From Podarcis gaigeae (Eukaryota), in assembly GCA_964106915.2 (NCBI GenBank), contig OZ066918.1: a stretch of 64,000 nt of DNA; one strand, 5' to 3'. The position numbers were made by a program, and so were the translations under genes. This document shows positions 13,201 through 26,624 of the stretch, in pieces (position 1 is the stretch's first letter; every line of letters begins with the position of its first letter). The notes below the pieces were generated by a model. The model had not been told where the DNA came from. It searched no databases and worked only from the letters and a program-made list of their open reading frames with translations.

Positions 13201-16200
13201 GTAGGGGAAAGGAAAAAGGCTAGGCTTCCTGTTCCCTCCATGTATGGCTGTGTTTGTGGAGTGTCTGGACAGGGGAATTTAGGCACAGGATAGTTATTGA
13301 TCGTTATGTCCATATAGGATCAGGGGCAACGTGTGTCATGAGTGCCACTCGCTGGGGAGCAATAGCGGGAGAAGGCTCTTTCCCTCATGCCCTGAGGGCC
13401 CTCCATAGATGTCCCGTTGGTATTGTGGAAAACCAGGGGGTGGACTAGATACGTGATTGGTCTAGCAGAGTTATTGTGCTCATAAAAACACAAATTGTTT
13501 ATGGAATTCACTGCCGCAAGATATGGTTGCGGTCCTTGGCTTTAAAATGAAAGTAGTTTTTTTAAAAGGATAAAAAATAAACAATGGGCAATGCTTCAGG
13601 AACAGTACACTTTTGAATACGAAATCCTGAGCCCAGATAAAAAGGTAAGCTGTTGCAAGGCATGGAAGCTGTGGATATTCCATAGAAATGGGCTGCTGGC
13701 CGACAACATGGATTTAAGGTCTTATCAGGGCTCTTATCCTCTCAAGCTGTCCGTACTGTATCAGAATATAGTTTGACAGGCTAAGCAAACTTTACTGCAA
13801 TAAGTTAGTCTATCCTAAATAAAAACGTTTGCTTCTTGTTCATTTAATGGAGCTAAACTGTAATAGTTTAATGCACAAGGCACCCATTACGACCTACACA
13901 GAAATTAATTCCACAGTTTCATATTAGAAGGCAATAGTGTAGCCTTTTTTCACAGTGTTCCAGGAGTTAGTGTACTCTTTTCAAATAGCTTTACTTTCTC
14001 CCTTCTGGTGTTGTGTATGGTTCACACAGTCTGGCCTTGTGGGCTCCAAAATCCATTTTGGGGCCGCATCTGTATTATGCTAACTAAAATATCCTCAAAT
14101 AGTGTGCAAGTTCTCCATAACCCTTCATCAGAGTAGGTGGTAAAATCCTCAATGGTGGGAGGAGTGAGAGAGAAAAGGGTTGGTGGGTCAAGCCATTCAT
14201 GTATGTATCTAATAAGAGTACTAAGATGAAGTGTAGGAAGAGGTGACAGATTGCAAATGATTCTCTTAGTTGATATGGAGGTTTTAGGTTGCACCAAGGT
14301 CTCCTAGGAAGGAGAAACACCTAATGGCTGATTTTCCCCTCTCTGGAAATACAACAGCCAGTTGTTACTCAGTTTTGTCTCCATGCTTAGGTAAAGCACA
14401 CAGGTCAATAGTTGTTGTGAACCACTTTGATGTTTTCTTTGTGAATTAGTTATATATAAATATTTTTATAAAGTTGAGAGCCAGACTATAAAGAAACTAG
14501 GCAGTCCTTGTCAAAACAGGTAGAGATTACTTTTAGATGGTGTGCTGGTTAGGCAAAAGTCAGAACAGCAAAAGAATTAAAACAAATCTGCATAAAATAT
14601 ATACTGTATTCAGATACAGTATTTCCCTTTCCTACTACCCTTCACCCACAGGAGGACCCACTATCATCCACACAATATGCAGAAGACAGGCACAACAGAT
14701 AACACCAAACCTTGATGGGCAACCAAGAACCTATTTTCCAGCAGGAACAAGGTGGCTTCGACCTATATGGGGTTTTTACTTGTAGTACATGTCACTTGGT
14801 AAATGAATACCCCCCCCCCCCAGTTTAGCTAAATTGTTTCCTTTAAATCTTGGTTGCCCAAATGAAAGGGCTCCCTAACCCTCCAGTGAAAGTGCCAGAG
14901 AACCACTTGCAATATAATGATTTATGAAGTTTGACCAATTATACCACTGCTGTTGTAATAAGGGCTTTGATTGGTTGGCTGAACCAGGTGAGGGTAGCTA
15001 ATAGTCTTAAACCCTGAGTAAGTTAGGAACTTGTCTATCACCTGCATGTGAAGACAAGTTCCTGTGGATTGAGCAGACAAGACCAATAGCGGGTCCAGCA
15101 GTCAAGAAGGCGGTTTCACAGTTGCATACTTAGACCTTGAAAATACCATTTTCTCTAACTTTAATATAGATATTACCAGTAATATAGGATCAAGTCATTG
15201 CTATTATATTATGTTATAAAACAAGAGTTGGTAATAAACAACTATTTTCCTGTGTTCCCGATAGCAATTCTCTAAATATTTGAAAAGCAGAATCTTTTCC
15301 ATTACAGCATTGCATTGAAAAGAAATGTTTTATTGTGTTATCAGAATCATGTCTGAGCAGAGATTTTATCAGCTAAGCTGATTATCCTGTGTTCCAAAAC
15401 ACAAAATGCAACCCCTGAAATACCGCCCCTGGAATTTGGAATTCATAGAGTGGACCACCTTCAAATAAGGCTAGTTGTCCAGACTCTTTTACCTGTTATT
15501 CCTATATTTTTAAGTTATTGATTACATACAAAAATAGGTTATAAAGGATATAAAGTTTCTAGATTATAAAGTATATAAAGGTTATAATGTATAAAGCATG
15601 TTAATATAAGGTTATATGAATAATAAAATAATCATAAATATTATTTAATAATTCCCTAATATTTTCATTTTCTTGAAAATCCTATAGGTGAAAACTTTAG
15701 AGGCAAATCTGTTCCTTCAGTCAAGATAGTCATGCTTTCCCATGAAAAAGTCAGCCTACCACTATTTCTTCTGGCAACCAATCTCATCTTTGTCCTGGAA
15801 TGCAAGCAGTTAACTTCTTTCTGTTCTTGGAGGTATCTATTTGGAGGCAGTAAAACACAAAACTGACCTTGTTGTTCCTGTCTGTCTCTGTTTTGAGAGA
15901 CTTATGAGAAAATTAAGGTTTGACATATGTACACAGTCCATAGTTCATCATAGAGTTTTTCTCACATCCACTTGCGCCAGCAAGGTTATCACTATTTATT
16001 AACTGGACTTGATGGGGTATGTGACAGTTCTCACGTCCTTAAACCTTTGTATTTTCACAGACTAAAGAACTAGATTAAATATGTTTTCCATTTATCCTTC
16101 TGTTTCTGTTGTTTCCTATTCATTCCAATCTTTTTCATATCTTTCCGTTTACCTGCTAAGCTCTTCTATCTTTGGTGTTCACTATTATACTTCCCCCATG

Positions 16201-16404
16201 ATGGTGACAAAAAGTTGGATTCAAATTGACTGCTGTTATACAAGTGCTTTACCTTTTGTTTAAGGCAGGGATTAGAAACTTGTCTTCCAGAGGTTGCTGA
16301 AGTACATTGGCTAATATGACTGGATCTGATGGAAGATGGAATCAAGTAACAGCTGTGGCTGCTCCCCTGCAATGTCACTTCTGGAGGGGGGAAACATGTT
16401 CATA

Positions 16405-18445
16405 GGGTGAGGTGGCTCGGTTTTCTGATGACACCAAATTATTTAGGGTGATAAAACAAAAAAGGATATTGAAGATTTCCCAAAAGATATCTTCAAAGTG
16501 GGGAATGGGCATTAAAATTTGAAATGTGCAAGTGAAAGCAAGTGAAGTGATGCATGTTAGGACAAATATACACTGTTGGGTTCAAAAATAGCAGTAACTG
16601 ATAGCTCAATGAAAACATTGGCCCACTGTGTGGCAGCTATGAAAAGGACAATTTCCATATGGGGAATTGATAGGAAAGGAATAAAAAATAAAACTGCTAA
16701 AAATAATAAACTGCTTTTATTAAAATATATTGTGAGATTGCTCTAGGATTACAGTACAGTGGTGCCCCGCAAGACGAATGCCTCGCTAAACGAAAAACCC
16801 GCAAGACGAAAGGGTTTTCCGATTTTTTAGCGGCTTCGCAAGACGAATTTCCCTATGGGCTTGCTTCACAAGATGAAAGCCCATAGGGAAATCTCCGGGG
16901 ACAGCGGGGAAGCGCAGCGCGCCTTCTCTGTTCCCGCACCTGTCCTGAAGGCTTGCGGTGGGAGGTCAGGGAACAGAGGAGAAGGCGCGCAGCGCTTCTC
17001 CTCTGTTCCCGGGGTTTGCGGTGGGAGGAGGGTTTTTCCTCCCCACCGCCAACATTCAGAACAGCATTCTGAATGTTGGCGGTGGGGAGGAAAGCCCTCC
17101 TCCCACCGCAAGCCTTCAGGACAGGTGTGGGAACAGAGGGGAAGGTGCGCAGCGCTTCTCCTCTGTTCCCGGACCTGTCTTGAAGACTTGCGGTGGGAGG
17201 AAGGTTTCCCTCCCCACCGCCAACATTCAGAAGGCTGTTCTGAAGGCTGGCGGTGGGAAGAAAAGCCCTTCTCCCCCGCCAGCCTTCAGAAGAGTTCCCC
17301 GCAGGGCTCTCCAAGCTGCGGATAGCAGCCTGCTGCCCCTATCCGCAGCTTGGAGAGCCCTGTGGGGAAGTCCTGCAGGGCCCCCCAAGCTGCGAATGTC
17401 TGCCCCGTGTGAGGGGCGCTCTGAAGAAGAGCGCCCCTCGTGTGGGGCAGCAGGCTGCTATCCGCAGTTTGGAGAGCCCTGCGGGGAAGTCCTGCAGGGC
17501 TCCCCAAGCTGCAGATGTCTGCCCCGCTTCAGAGTGCCCCGCGCGCCGGGCAGCAGGCTGCTTTCCGCAGCCTAGGCAGCCCTGCGGGAACTCTTCTGAA
17601 GGCTGGCGGCGGGAGAAGGGCTTTTCTTCCCATCGCCAGCCTTCAGAAGGCTGTTCTGAAGGCTGGCGGTGGGGAGAAAAGTCCTTCTCCCCCCCGTCAG
17701 CCTTCAGAGGAGGTCCGGGGACAGACTGTCCCCGGACCTGGTCTGAAGGCGGTCTCCCTAGGAACGCATTAATTGATTTTCAATGCATTCCTATGGGAAA
17801 CCGTGCTTCGCAAGACGAAAAACTCGCAAGAAGAAAAAACTTGCGGAACGAATTAATTTCGTCTTGCGAGGCACCACTGTATACCATTCTGGTCTCTGCA
17901 CCTCAAAGAAGATACTGTACAGCTATGGATATATAAGGGCAATCAAAGTGATCAAAGCATACAGCAACTCCCTTATGAGGAAAGATAACACCATTGGGGA
18001 CTTTTTATGTTAGTAAAAACTGATATATATGTATGTGCATGGTGTGGAGAAAGTAGGGTAGAGAGAAGTTTTTATCCTGTTCTGTATCTGCATTATAGCA
18101 GAAGCTGAATGGTGGAAGAGTCAGGGCAGACAAAAGGAAGAATTTCACCAGGGCATAAACTATGGAATTAGCTCTCGCAATGTGATGGAACCCAGTTTGG
18201 TTGGCTTGAAAGGCAGATTCATGGAGGATAAAGCTATTGTTGGCTACAAGCCAAGATGACCGTGCTTTACCACCGTTGGAGGCAGTATGCCTTTGAATAC
18301 CAGTTGATAGGAATCACAAGTGGAGAGTACTGTTGCATTTAGGCCCTGATTGTAGGCTTCCCATAGGTATCTGGCTGGATACTGTGATAACAGGAGACTG
18401 GACTAGATTAACCTTTGAGTCTGATCCATCTGGGTTCATAATTTT
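16405..18445 (+). mobile_element. Decayed CR1 LINE 3' part, interrupted by a MITE
   Basis: RT motif relic F(S)DDTKL at 16421-16441. CR1-type sequence continues on both sides of the insertion (tctggtctctgcacctcaaagaagat) to a CR1-like 3' end near 18440. Confidence 0.75.
16757..17879. mobile_element. Non-autonomous Tc1/mariner (pogo/Tigger-like) element, 1123 bp, with internal palindromic repeats
   Basis: TA TSD at 16755-16756 and 17880-17881; 22-bp TIR CAGTGGTGCC(C/T)CGCAAGACGAA with 1 mismatch; subterminal CGCAAGACGAA repeats at both ends; no transposase. Confidence 0.92.
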
Positions 18446-20773
18446 TTTTGTATTTTACTATCTGCCCTTTCGCTTATTCTCCCCATTTTTTTGTCCCAAC
18501 TTGCTTCCTCATTTCACTCTGATTCTTTTATTTTCCTTGCACCTTTTATTCTATCTCTCTCCTATACGTAATCTGTTCACATCTTCCCTTTCCTAATATA
18601 TACACAAGGCTAATTCATCAACCATGCTCAGTAGGTGGAAAGACAGTTCGATCTATACACCACATTCATATTCTTTTAGTTTTCTTTTAGCAAATTGGTT
18701 TCTTAACCTAGAGTTATGTATTTATGCATTGCACTGTGATTTTCTGACTATGCAGAACTGTTCTCTATTAATCTAGTCATAAGACTGTTAATCATACAAA
18801 GTTCTCAAAGCTTTAGTGGATTTAAGGCTACTTTATTATCCCTTTGTCCTCAATAATGCCTAATTGCTGCTGCTAATACATGCATAGTAGGATCTATGTA
18901 GGTCATTATTGAATTCCTCCCCTTGCTGAAAGAGTCAAGCTGCACAGACCTTATAAGTTGCAAGCTTTCTCACTCAGCAAGAGGAACAGCCCCCTGGTGA
19001 ACAGCCCTTGTCAGATACTTCCAGCCCAGTTAAAAATTCAGAAAATAAAGATGGAAAATGTGTAGGAAGAACCACTGTTTCTCTTAATGCATCTAACTTT
19101 TTGGTATTAAACTGCAAAATCAAATATGTGCCACAATTTCTACCCACTCCATACACTTTTCCTGCCTAACTCTTAGATAGCAAATCTGATTTGTTGTTAA
19201 GGTGCAACAAGTCTCCTTATTGTCTGATGTTATAGCAGCCTAGCACAGCTACTGTTCCTAGTTTGTGGTTAGTAGTAATTGAATGGTAGCACTTTTGACT
19301 GTTTTCATGACTGCAAGTCTATGTTATGGTTGGCCTCTTATCACCAACATCACCATCACCATCATTCTTTTTGGAAGTAAACCTAAAGGCAAAACAATCC
19401 ATTTGTTTTAGAAACTTATGTGCTTTGTAGAGTCACAGCTAATGCTTCATTGATCAAAATGCATAGTTCAATGTAGATAGAACCATAATCAGACATTAGC
19501 AACTGCATTTTCTTTGCTTTCATTCACTTATGACAGTGAATTTACAGATGACATGAACTATGGAAATAGTGTTTCAAGGTTGCTAAATATTTTCTTTAAA
19601 AATAAATGTCACATTGTGGTGGTCTATGGCTTTAAACAGCAAAGTTTCACATTGATTTGCGTTGCAAAATGATCCTCATTTTTACATTGTGTTTAAAATT
19701 AATTATTGGGAAAATTTATTTTGGTTTTAAGTGCAAGAAGCCTCATACAGTTCAAGGCAGGTAGAAATAACATTTTTAAAAAACATAATGTAGCCAACCG
19801 AGTCATACTCCAAGTAGACCAATTGAAATTAAAGAACTTGACTAAATTCCATTGATAAAAATGGAACTACTCTTGAGTATGCCTCAGTTGTATGCAACCC
19901 ATTCATTCAACAACAGTGTTTCTACCGTTCATATCCTGTGTAAATTCATTGCTGAGATTTGACAGGTAATATGTTTATACAGTATACCACTGTCATCTCA
20001 AGTATTCACTCAAAATTTCAAACAAAGTAAGATCTAAAGACTGTGAAGATGGAATGGGGGAAATGATACTCCCAGATCTGCATTTCATATATGTTTCTTT
20101 TGATATCTTCAAATATAAACAAGTAGCAAATCTTTTGTTTGAAAAGAAAACAAGCACAAGCCATGCCTGCTTTTCCAGCGGGTCACAGCAGGATTGCGCA
20201 ACGCATTGAGTACATGCCAGGGATGAAACTAATTAAGGGAAAACACTGGAGATAATGAAACTAGTCATTGTGTAATAACTGACGTTGTATTCCTGATTGT
20301 TACTAATAGTGTAATTTTGTCAGCAAGGAAGATGGCAACTATAAATTGATGAAAAGTTTTGGACAGTGGGGTACAAAGCATTCTGTGACCGGCCTGTAGT
20401 CCTTGCCTAAATTCTGCCTCTTGTGATAAGCTTATTTGAGGTAACATTGCAGGTTGCTTGATCCTCATTGCTGATCTCGGACTACATCTCTGTTTTCCTG
20501 TATCCAGAAGGAATGAACTCAAGCATTTGTTGCTTTCCTTTTAGCAGAGGCAAGGTGCTACATAAAATGCATGGAGCAGTTAGCACTCTTTCTAATCCTG
20601 TCATACCATCAACAATTAAAATCTTAAAACTAGGCATTATAATAAAAACTAATCAAGCTAGCATAATGTTTATGTTACACACATTTCCCCCCACAGACTT
20701 GCAAACATTTGGTCAGATGCTCTGCCTGTCTTGGGTTGATACATGGTCTTGGAGCCACGTCATTCACTTCTGA

Positions 20774-20906
20774 ATGTTCACCGCAGCCACAGAATCAGAA
20801 GAAGAGGTCCCTTCATTGTTATGGGGACTGGATCCTATCTTTTCAGCTTTTGCAAGACTGTACATTAAAGACGTACAAGAAATGAAAGAATCAAAACAGG
20901 TTCCAG
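20774..20906 (+). CDS. STN1: STN1 (CST complex subunit, OBFC1) coding exon 1
   Basis: [44 protein letters not shown](G), with the hallmark PSLLWGLDP. Acceptor ccccccacag ends at 20696; donor G|GTGAGT at 20907; 133 coding nt. Confidence 0.95.
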
Positions 20907-21595
20907 GTGAGTTATGAGATTGCTATGATATGTATAACATCACTGGTTTTAATGAAAAGCCTAGCATTACTGTGCTATGGACTGACAATCTGGCTCCAGA
21001 TAAAAACTTTTCTCTCCCTTCTGTGTCTGAAAGAAGCTCTGAGGTTAGATAAAACAGCGAAAGAAAATGAGATAATCTGTATATTCCAAGTTCCTCAATA
21101 AATCCAATCCTTGCTTGAGTTTCCTAGCCTTGATCTGCCACCTTACCTTGCCCAGCAGGAAAAGGAATAGAATGGTGAATGCAATGTGTACCACCATCAA
21201 GAGGAGTTTCCCTTCTCTTATGGATATGCTTGAATCTGCCTCCACCCCATCCCATGTAGCATGAAGCCATTGGATTGGGGAAAGAAGAGGGGAGAAATTC
21301 AGTCCCTGGAATTATCAGTATGTCATTGGGAGGGAGTGACCCATCAGGCTTATCTCTCAAAGTGGCTATACTAGTACAACTAGCTGCAGACAGGAGGGAG
21401 AGGTCGTGATAAAGGCGCTGAGGGAGTGTCAGAAGGATCCCAACAGCCTGGATGAGCTTGCAGCCGGTGACTCGGAGCTGCGCCTCAGTCTATATCCCTA
21501 GTATCATAACCATACTCACACTGTACTTCAACCAGAGCTCTCTTCAACCGCTCTGAGCCCGGCCTTGGCTGGGGAGGGCGGGGTATAAATAAAAA

Positions 21596-21596
<1 letters not shown>

Positions 21597-21637
<41 letters not shown>
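21597..21637. repeat. (TTA)n microsatellite, L2-type tail
   Basis: Follows accgctctgagcc...gggcgggtataaat. Similar runs at 8174-8211 and 27799-27836. Confidence 0.9.
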
Positions 21638-21638
<1 letters not shown>

Positions 21639-22611
21639 CACTAATTGTCAGCTCATCTCTCACATGATTATTACCAGGGCAGCTTGACCAGACAAACTGC
21701 CCTGGCTGGAAACAGCTATAATTTTTTACCATTATTTTTGCTTAGTCTGATCCAATTTAAGACTCATCAACTATTCCTTTATGCGAGAATGTAAGATTTT
21801 CATGGATAATAAAAAGCAACTAAAAGATCAGTCCCAAGCTACCCTGAAAGAGATAAATAGGCAATATTTGTTAAATGGAACCGGAAATCAAGACAGAGCA
21901 TATTGCTTCCAAAAATGCTTAAGGGAAAAGGTGTGGTGAATTGTGATATGCAGAAACCAAAGAATTTAACAAAAGGCTATTTAGGAAATGCCTTTTCTTT
22001 TAAAAGATGTTGAATTAAAAGCCATGGCTGAATATTCCTCAGCATGTTCCTTACAGACCTTACCTACCCTCATTTATTAAAACTGACATTTCTTCTTTGC
22101 TTGGCAAACTCCAGTTTCCCTTAGTAAACTCTTCATCTGTTTCACCCTTTGGTAGTTAAAATCTCCATGCTGGTTCCTGAGACTCCTACAGCATCATTGC
22201 TCAGCCTACTGGTTGCAAAGTCTGAGAAAGTGGGGCATGGGCTTTTTAAATAAACTGAAAATAATTACTGGTACTGCCTTTAATCATTAACTGGCATGAT
22301 GAATACATCTTACAACTTGTTGCTTTGTTGACATATTATAATGTTGTATTGACACTTTTGGCCAAATGTCAGAATGCCACTCCCAACCTAGTGGGGGGCA
22401 AATTTGTCACACACCCCTTTCCTAAGAAGCCTTGAGTGGTTTTTCCTGGAAGAGGCGTTAGGGAAGGTGCATGGGGCTTTCTAGCCCTATAGCAAACAGG
22501 CGGGCATTAGAATTTATAAGCCAGGCATCACCTCAGTCTATTCTCCTTCTTTACTTCGCTGAAATAAGACTATGTACCTTATGTATCAATAATGATCTCC
22601 TCCTTTCATAG

Positions 22612-22707
22612 GTATATTCTTTTACAACAGGCATCCAGTAAGGCAGGTGGATATTCTTGGAACTGTGGTTCTGATCAAAGAACGAGATGCCTGTTATACT
22701 TATGGAG
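22612..22707 (+). CDS. STN1: STN1 coding exon 2
   Basis: (G)IFFYNRHPVRQVDILGTVVLIKERDACYTYG; acceptor tttcatag, donor GTAAGA; 96 nt, phase 1-1. Confidence 0.95.
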
Positions 22708-24639
22708 GTAAGAAATTCTTATTCCTGCTAGCTCTTAAATTTCTCCATTCTCGTTAGCCTTTACTGCCTTCTTAAATTAAGTTTGCTTTTATATATGGTA
22801 CAGCAACAACAACAACCAGCTGGAGGTTTCTGATCAGTCTGCAAGGGGAGAACCCCATGCAACCCAGTCTGGAAGAGACCAAGGTATATAAGACCAAGGT
22901 TGAGGGAAGGTCTGATTGCTTCACTAAATGGCAAAATGGGGGAACCAGATGAGAGTTGGCAGAAAGTACCCCTGGCCACTGCTGCATCCTGTAAGACGCT
23001 TTAGGAATGCCCCAAGCTGTGAAACTGTTCCTTCAGGGGGAATGTTCTCTTTCATTGACAACTTCCACAGCCTTGACCGGGACAGATGGTGGTAATGAGA
23101 GAGATAGATGGGGTTCCAAGAGCATGCTGACAATGGTATAGCCTTTTGAATGTCCCAGCGCAGAGAGTGAGATGCTAGGTGCATAATTTTCTGTTCCTGG
23201 TAAGAAATGCTGGTGTAGGTCTTAGCATGGTTGCCTGGTACGGTTCTTTGGTACAAAGAGGCTATGCTTTCCTCAGCCACCCCTCCCTTCACTGCCAACT
23301 CTTTCCAAGCTCACACCAGTGAACTTAGGAGGACTACCCTCCTTGCGTCCATGGTTGTCTTTCTCCTCATGTTCAAACTGTTCCCAGTTTCATTCTTGGG
23401 CATCTTGCCAAGCTGCCCCTCCCTGACCTTCTCTCAGCTGCAGTCAGGCTGACTTGCCCAAAATAAATTGTAACTTCCATTTGCATTTCCAGTTCAAAAG
23501 CAAGGCTCTGCCAGCTGGGGATCTAATTGGCTAGTATTGCATCAGCTGGATCACATGCTTGACTTTAGAGAGGCATGATGCACTCCTTTTTGAGAAGCAA
23601 AGCTGCATAAAGGAAGAAATGTGGATTGTTGTCTTGTTTCTGCACTGAAAAACGGGAATTTGTTTACACTTACGTAGTTAAAAGGGGCTGCTTGTTTTAT
23701 ACTCTCTTAAACTCCCTTAAGTAAGGCCAGTGATCCCTCAGACTGAGTATCCTGTTGCTGAAAGGACTTAGAAGTAAAATGACAAGCATGTAGGTCAATA
23801 ATGCGAGAAGTCTCCCAAATGTGGCAGAGGGGCTTGGATAGAAATTACGAATGACCAGCTCCTTGTGAATATCTGGTACCAAAAGTTGACAACTCACTGT
23901 GAGGCTATCTAAGGCCTTTTCTGTCTTCATTCATCCTCCCTTTGTGATCTCGGTTCAAGCTGCAGCTAATACCAGAAGTTGTGCTGTCCCTGGTCAACAG
24001 TGTATGTATCAAATAGCAAGCATTCTTGCCCTTATATCAATTTCAGGAGACAAATGTTAGATGTTTCAGGAAAGGTCATTTACACAGCAAATGCATTTCT
24101 GCAGACGATGGTATAGAAAGGGTTGGGAGTGAGGAAGGCACTGTTAAAAATAAAAACCTGCCTCTTTATATATCTTTAAGATAGATTGCCAATAGTGTTA
24201 ATCCAACATAGGGATAGGGAAGGTAGCCTGTCCAGTCTCTACAACAGTAGCCCATGGAACAGTTGTTTTCCTCTTTCCTTCACACCCCCATAACCCAGCT
24301 TAGTCCCAGAAAGTGTGTCTGTCTGTCTTTGACCCTCTTCTCCATCCTTTCACTATCCAAAGTATTCCCTCAACACCACTAGGAAAAAAATTGCTGTAGG
24401 GGAGAATTTCAGAAAATGAGCTATTCTGTGTTTTTGACTTTTGCCTAGTTTGTCAGTCACATTTAGTCTGTTGATTTGCTGCAACAGGAAATTGGCACAG
24501 GTAAAATGGATGGGAGAGCTTTGAGAAAGATTTTGCTTCTCTGGTACAAACAAAAAGGCTGTTGCTAAGCAAAAATGTTTGTGGTGTGTGTTCTATAAAC
24601 TCCCACCAAACTGATTAAAATTGCTATCCTATTGTCTAG

Positions 24640-24711
24640 TGGATGACGGCACAGGAGTTATAAGCTGCACCTGCTGGAAAAACCCTTTGGCACAGCAGAA
24701 ATCTTTGTCAG
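24640..24711 (+). CDS. STN1: STN1 coding exon 3
   Basis: (V)DDGTGVISCTCWKNPLAQQKSLS, containing the OB-fold DDxTG motif; acceptor ttgtctag, donor GTAACT; 72 nt. Confidence 0.95.
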
Positions 24712-26624
24712 GTAACTTTCCACTTCGTATCTGCTTTCCTTTTAGCTTTTTCAGAATATATTCTATACTTTATTAGTGAGGGTTATTTTCAGGTGTTTGC
24801 ACCATTTCCCTGTTCATTTTTATATTGTTTTACAGTGACTTGATAAAAGAGCAGTGCTGAGGTCCATTCATTCATAACAGATGGGTCTGTTGTTTCAGTT
24901 CAGGAGACTTGGCTTGAAAAGCCTTCTTACTGTAGTTCCCAATGCAACTTTTCCATTTTGTTTAAAGTGATGTTTTCCAATTAGAGCTAAATTAAAGGTT
25001 TCCGATAGGAGCTAAATGATCTGAGATCTGTTAGCTTGTTGAATTCAAGATAGCCTCTTAACATTTTGCATATATTTTGATTTGCAGAGATACTATTTTC
25101 TCTTACACATCTTATATCCTGTTCTGAACAGTTTATTTTAAAAATGTGAATGTCTCATGTTTCCCATGTTTCAGTGCAGATGACTTTTTCTTCTTACCCA
25201 CAGATACCTGCCACATAACATAGCCAGACTTCTGTTCCTTCCTCTTTGCTTCCCACCTCCCTATTTCAGTGGATTGAAGAGTAAACAGGCCACAATTAAA
25301 AAAAAAATGCACTAGGATATAATCAGCTAGAGACTTCATCTTAGGAATCAGCTGTTTTTAACTCAGTTGCTGGCCTTTGTTTGTTTTATTCTTGGTTCAC
25401 TCCCTACTGTCAATTATACAGTCATTACTACTGCATAATTAAAAATAGGCAGTAGTATATTGCTTTCAGGGTGCAGAGAATAATGTTAAATAAATGTTCC
25501 AGGCCTTTTGTGGTCTATTGATTCTCTAAAAGTAGCTGGAGAAAAGCTTTATTAATAATATAGTTGAGGTCAGATTGTCAACACTAAATTCAAATGATAA
25601 CTAAGAACTCTGAAACCTGAAGCTCTGCTCAATTCTTGACGCATCTTAAAGACAGACAAGCTCATTATGGCATAATTAAATAATTTTTAAGGTGCCACAA
25701 GACTCTTAGTTGTGTTTGATGTCACAGTTGAACATGGCTATCTGTCTCGAAAAAGCTACTCAGTTATGCCAGGAAAAACTGATAATATTTAATGAAGAAG
25801 TCTTTTCTGTATTGGCTTAGCTCTAAACTATAAGAAGAATTCAAGTCCTGAAAAGGAACACAGAATATTTAATAGCCTGCTTTTTCTGAGAATTTGTTCA
25901 CAGCAGACAACTTTTCCAGATGGCTGCAATTAAAGTTTATGCTGCCCTGGATCAAAAACTTACTGGTAGCCAATAAACTTGAAGTTCTGTCAAAGTGCAT
26001 TTGTATCTTGGCAGGCTCAAAGAGGCAGCTTTTGTTTTACTTCTAATGATATTAAGTTTCCTTTTTATTAAGAGTGAGGTTTGCTGGTGAGGTTTGCTTT
26101 TTATTTTGAACTTGGGTTTACTTTTTATTCAATTTTGAACTTCAGAAGATTAGCACTGTTTATCTGTTGTAGGCTAAGCCACAGTCTGATGGCACTTTAA
26201 AAATTAAGTGTTTTGTGGCATGAGCAAAGTTATATTCATCAGGTGCATTTAATGTTTAAGGACAGTATTGGATATTAAATATACATGGTTTCTCTGTGAG
26301 GAAGGAGATACATTATTACAGCTAGTAAAATTAAAAGGAACATTTCCTGCATTCATCTGTCAGCTGCAGTGAACAAGATAGATTTGAAAATACTGCCAGC
26401 TATATTAAATACTTATTATTCATATTGCATACATGCATTTGGTAGAAATACTCCAGTTTTGGAACACACCATCACAGCAAACATAACACACGTTTGTACT
26501 TTTAAAAGAGGTTAACATTTCAGGAAGCAAGCCTGACAAAAATACTGCTTTCTACTTTTATTTGAATAATGAATATATATATTAATCATGTCTCATTCTA
26601 TTGAGTCATAGTCTTAGTCAAGAG

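Noticed and set aside
16757-17879. Repeat-spacer appearance suggestive of a CRISPR-like array
   Set aside because: Eukaryotic intron; modules are irregular, inverted and bounded by TIRs with a TA TSD; no unique regular spacers or cas genes.
16853-17936. Long overlapping ORFs (153-227 aa) on both strands
   Set aside because: They lie in the GC-rich palindromic MITE interior, give repetitive low-complexity translations and show no transposase motifs. Stop-codon scarcity explains them.
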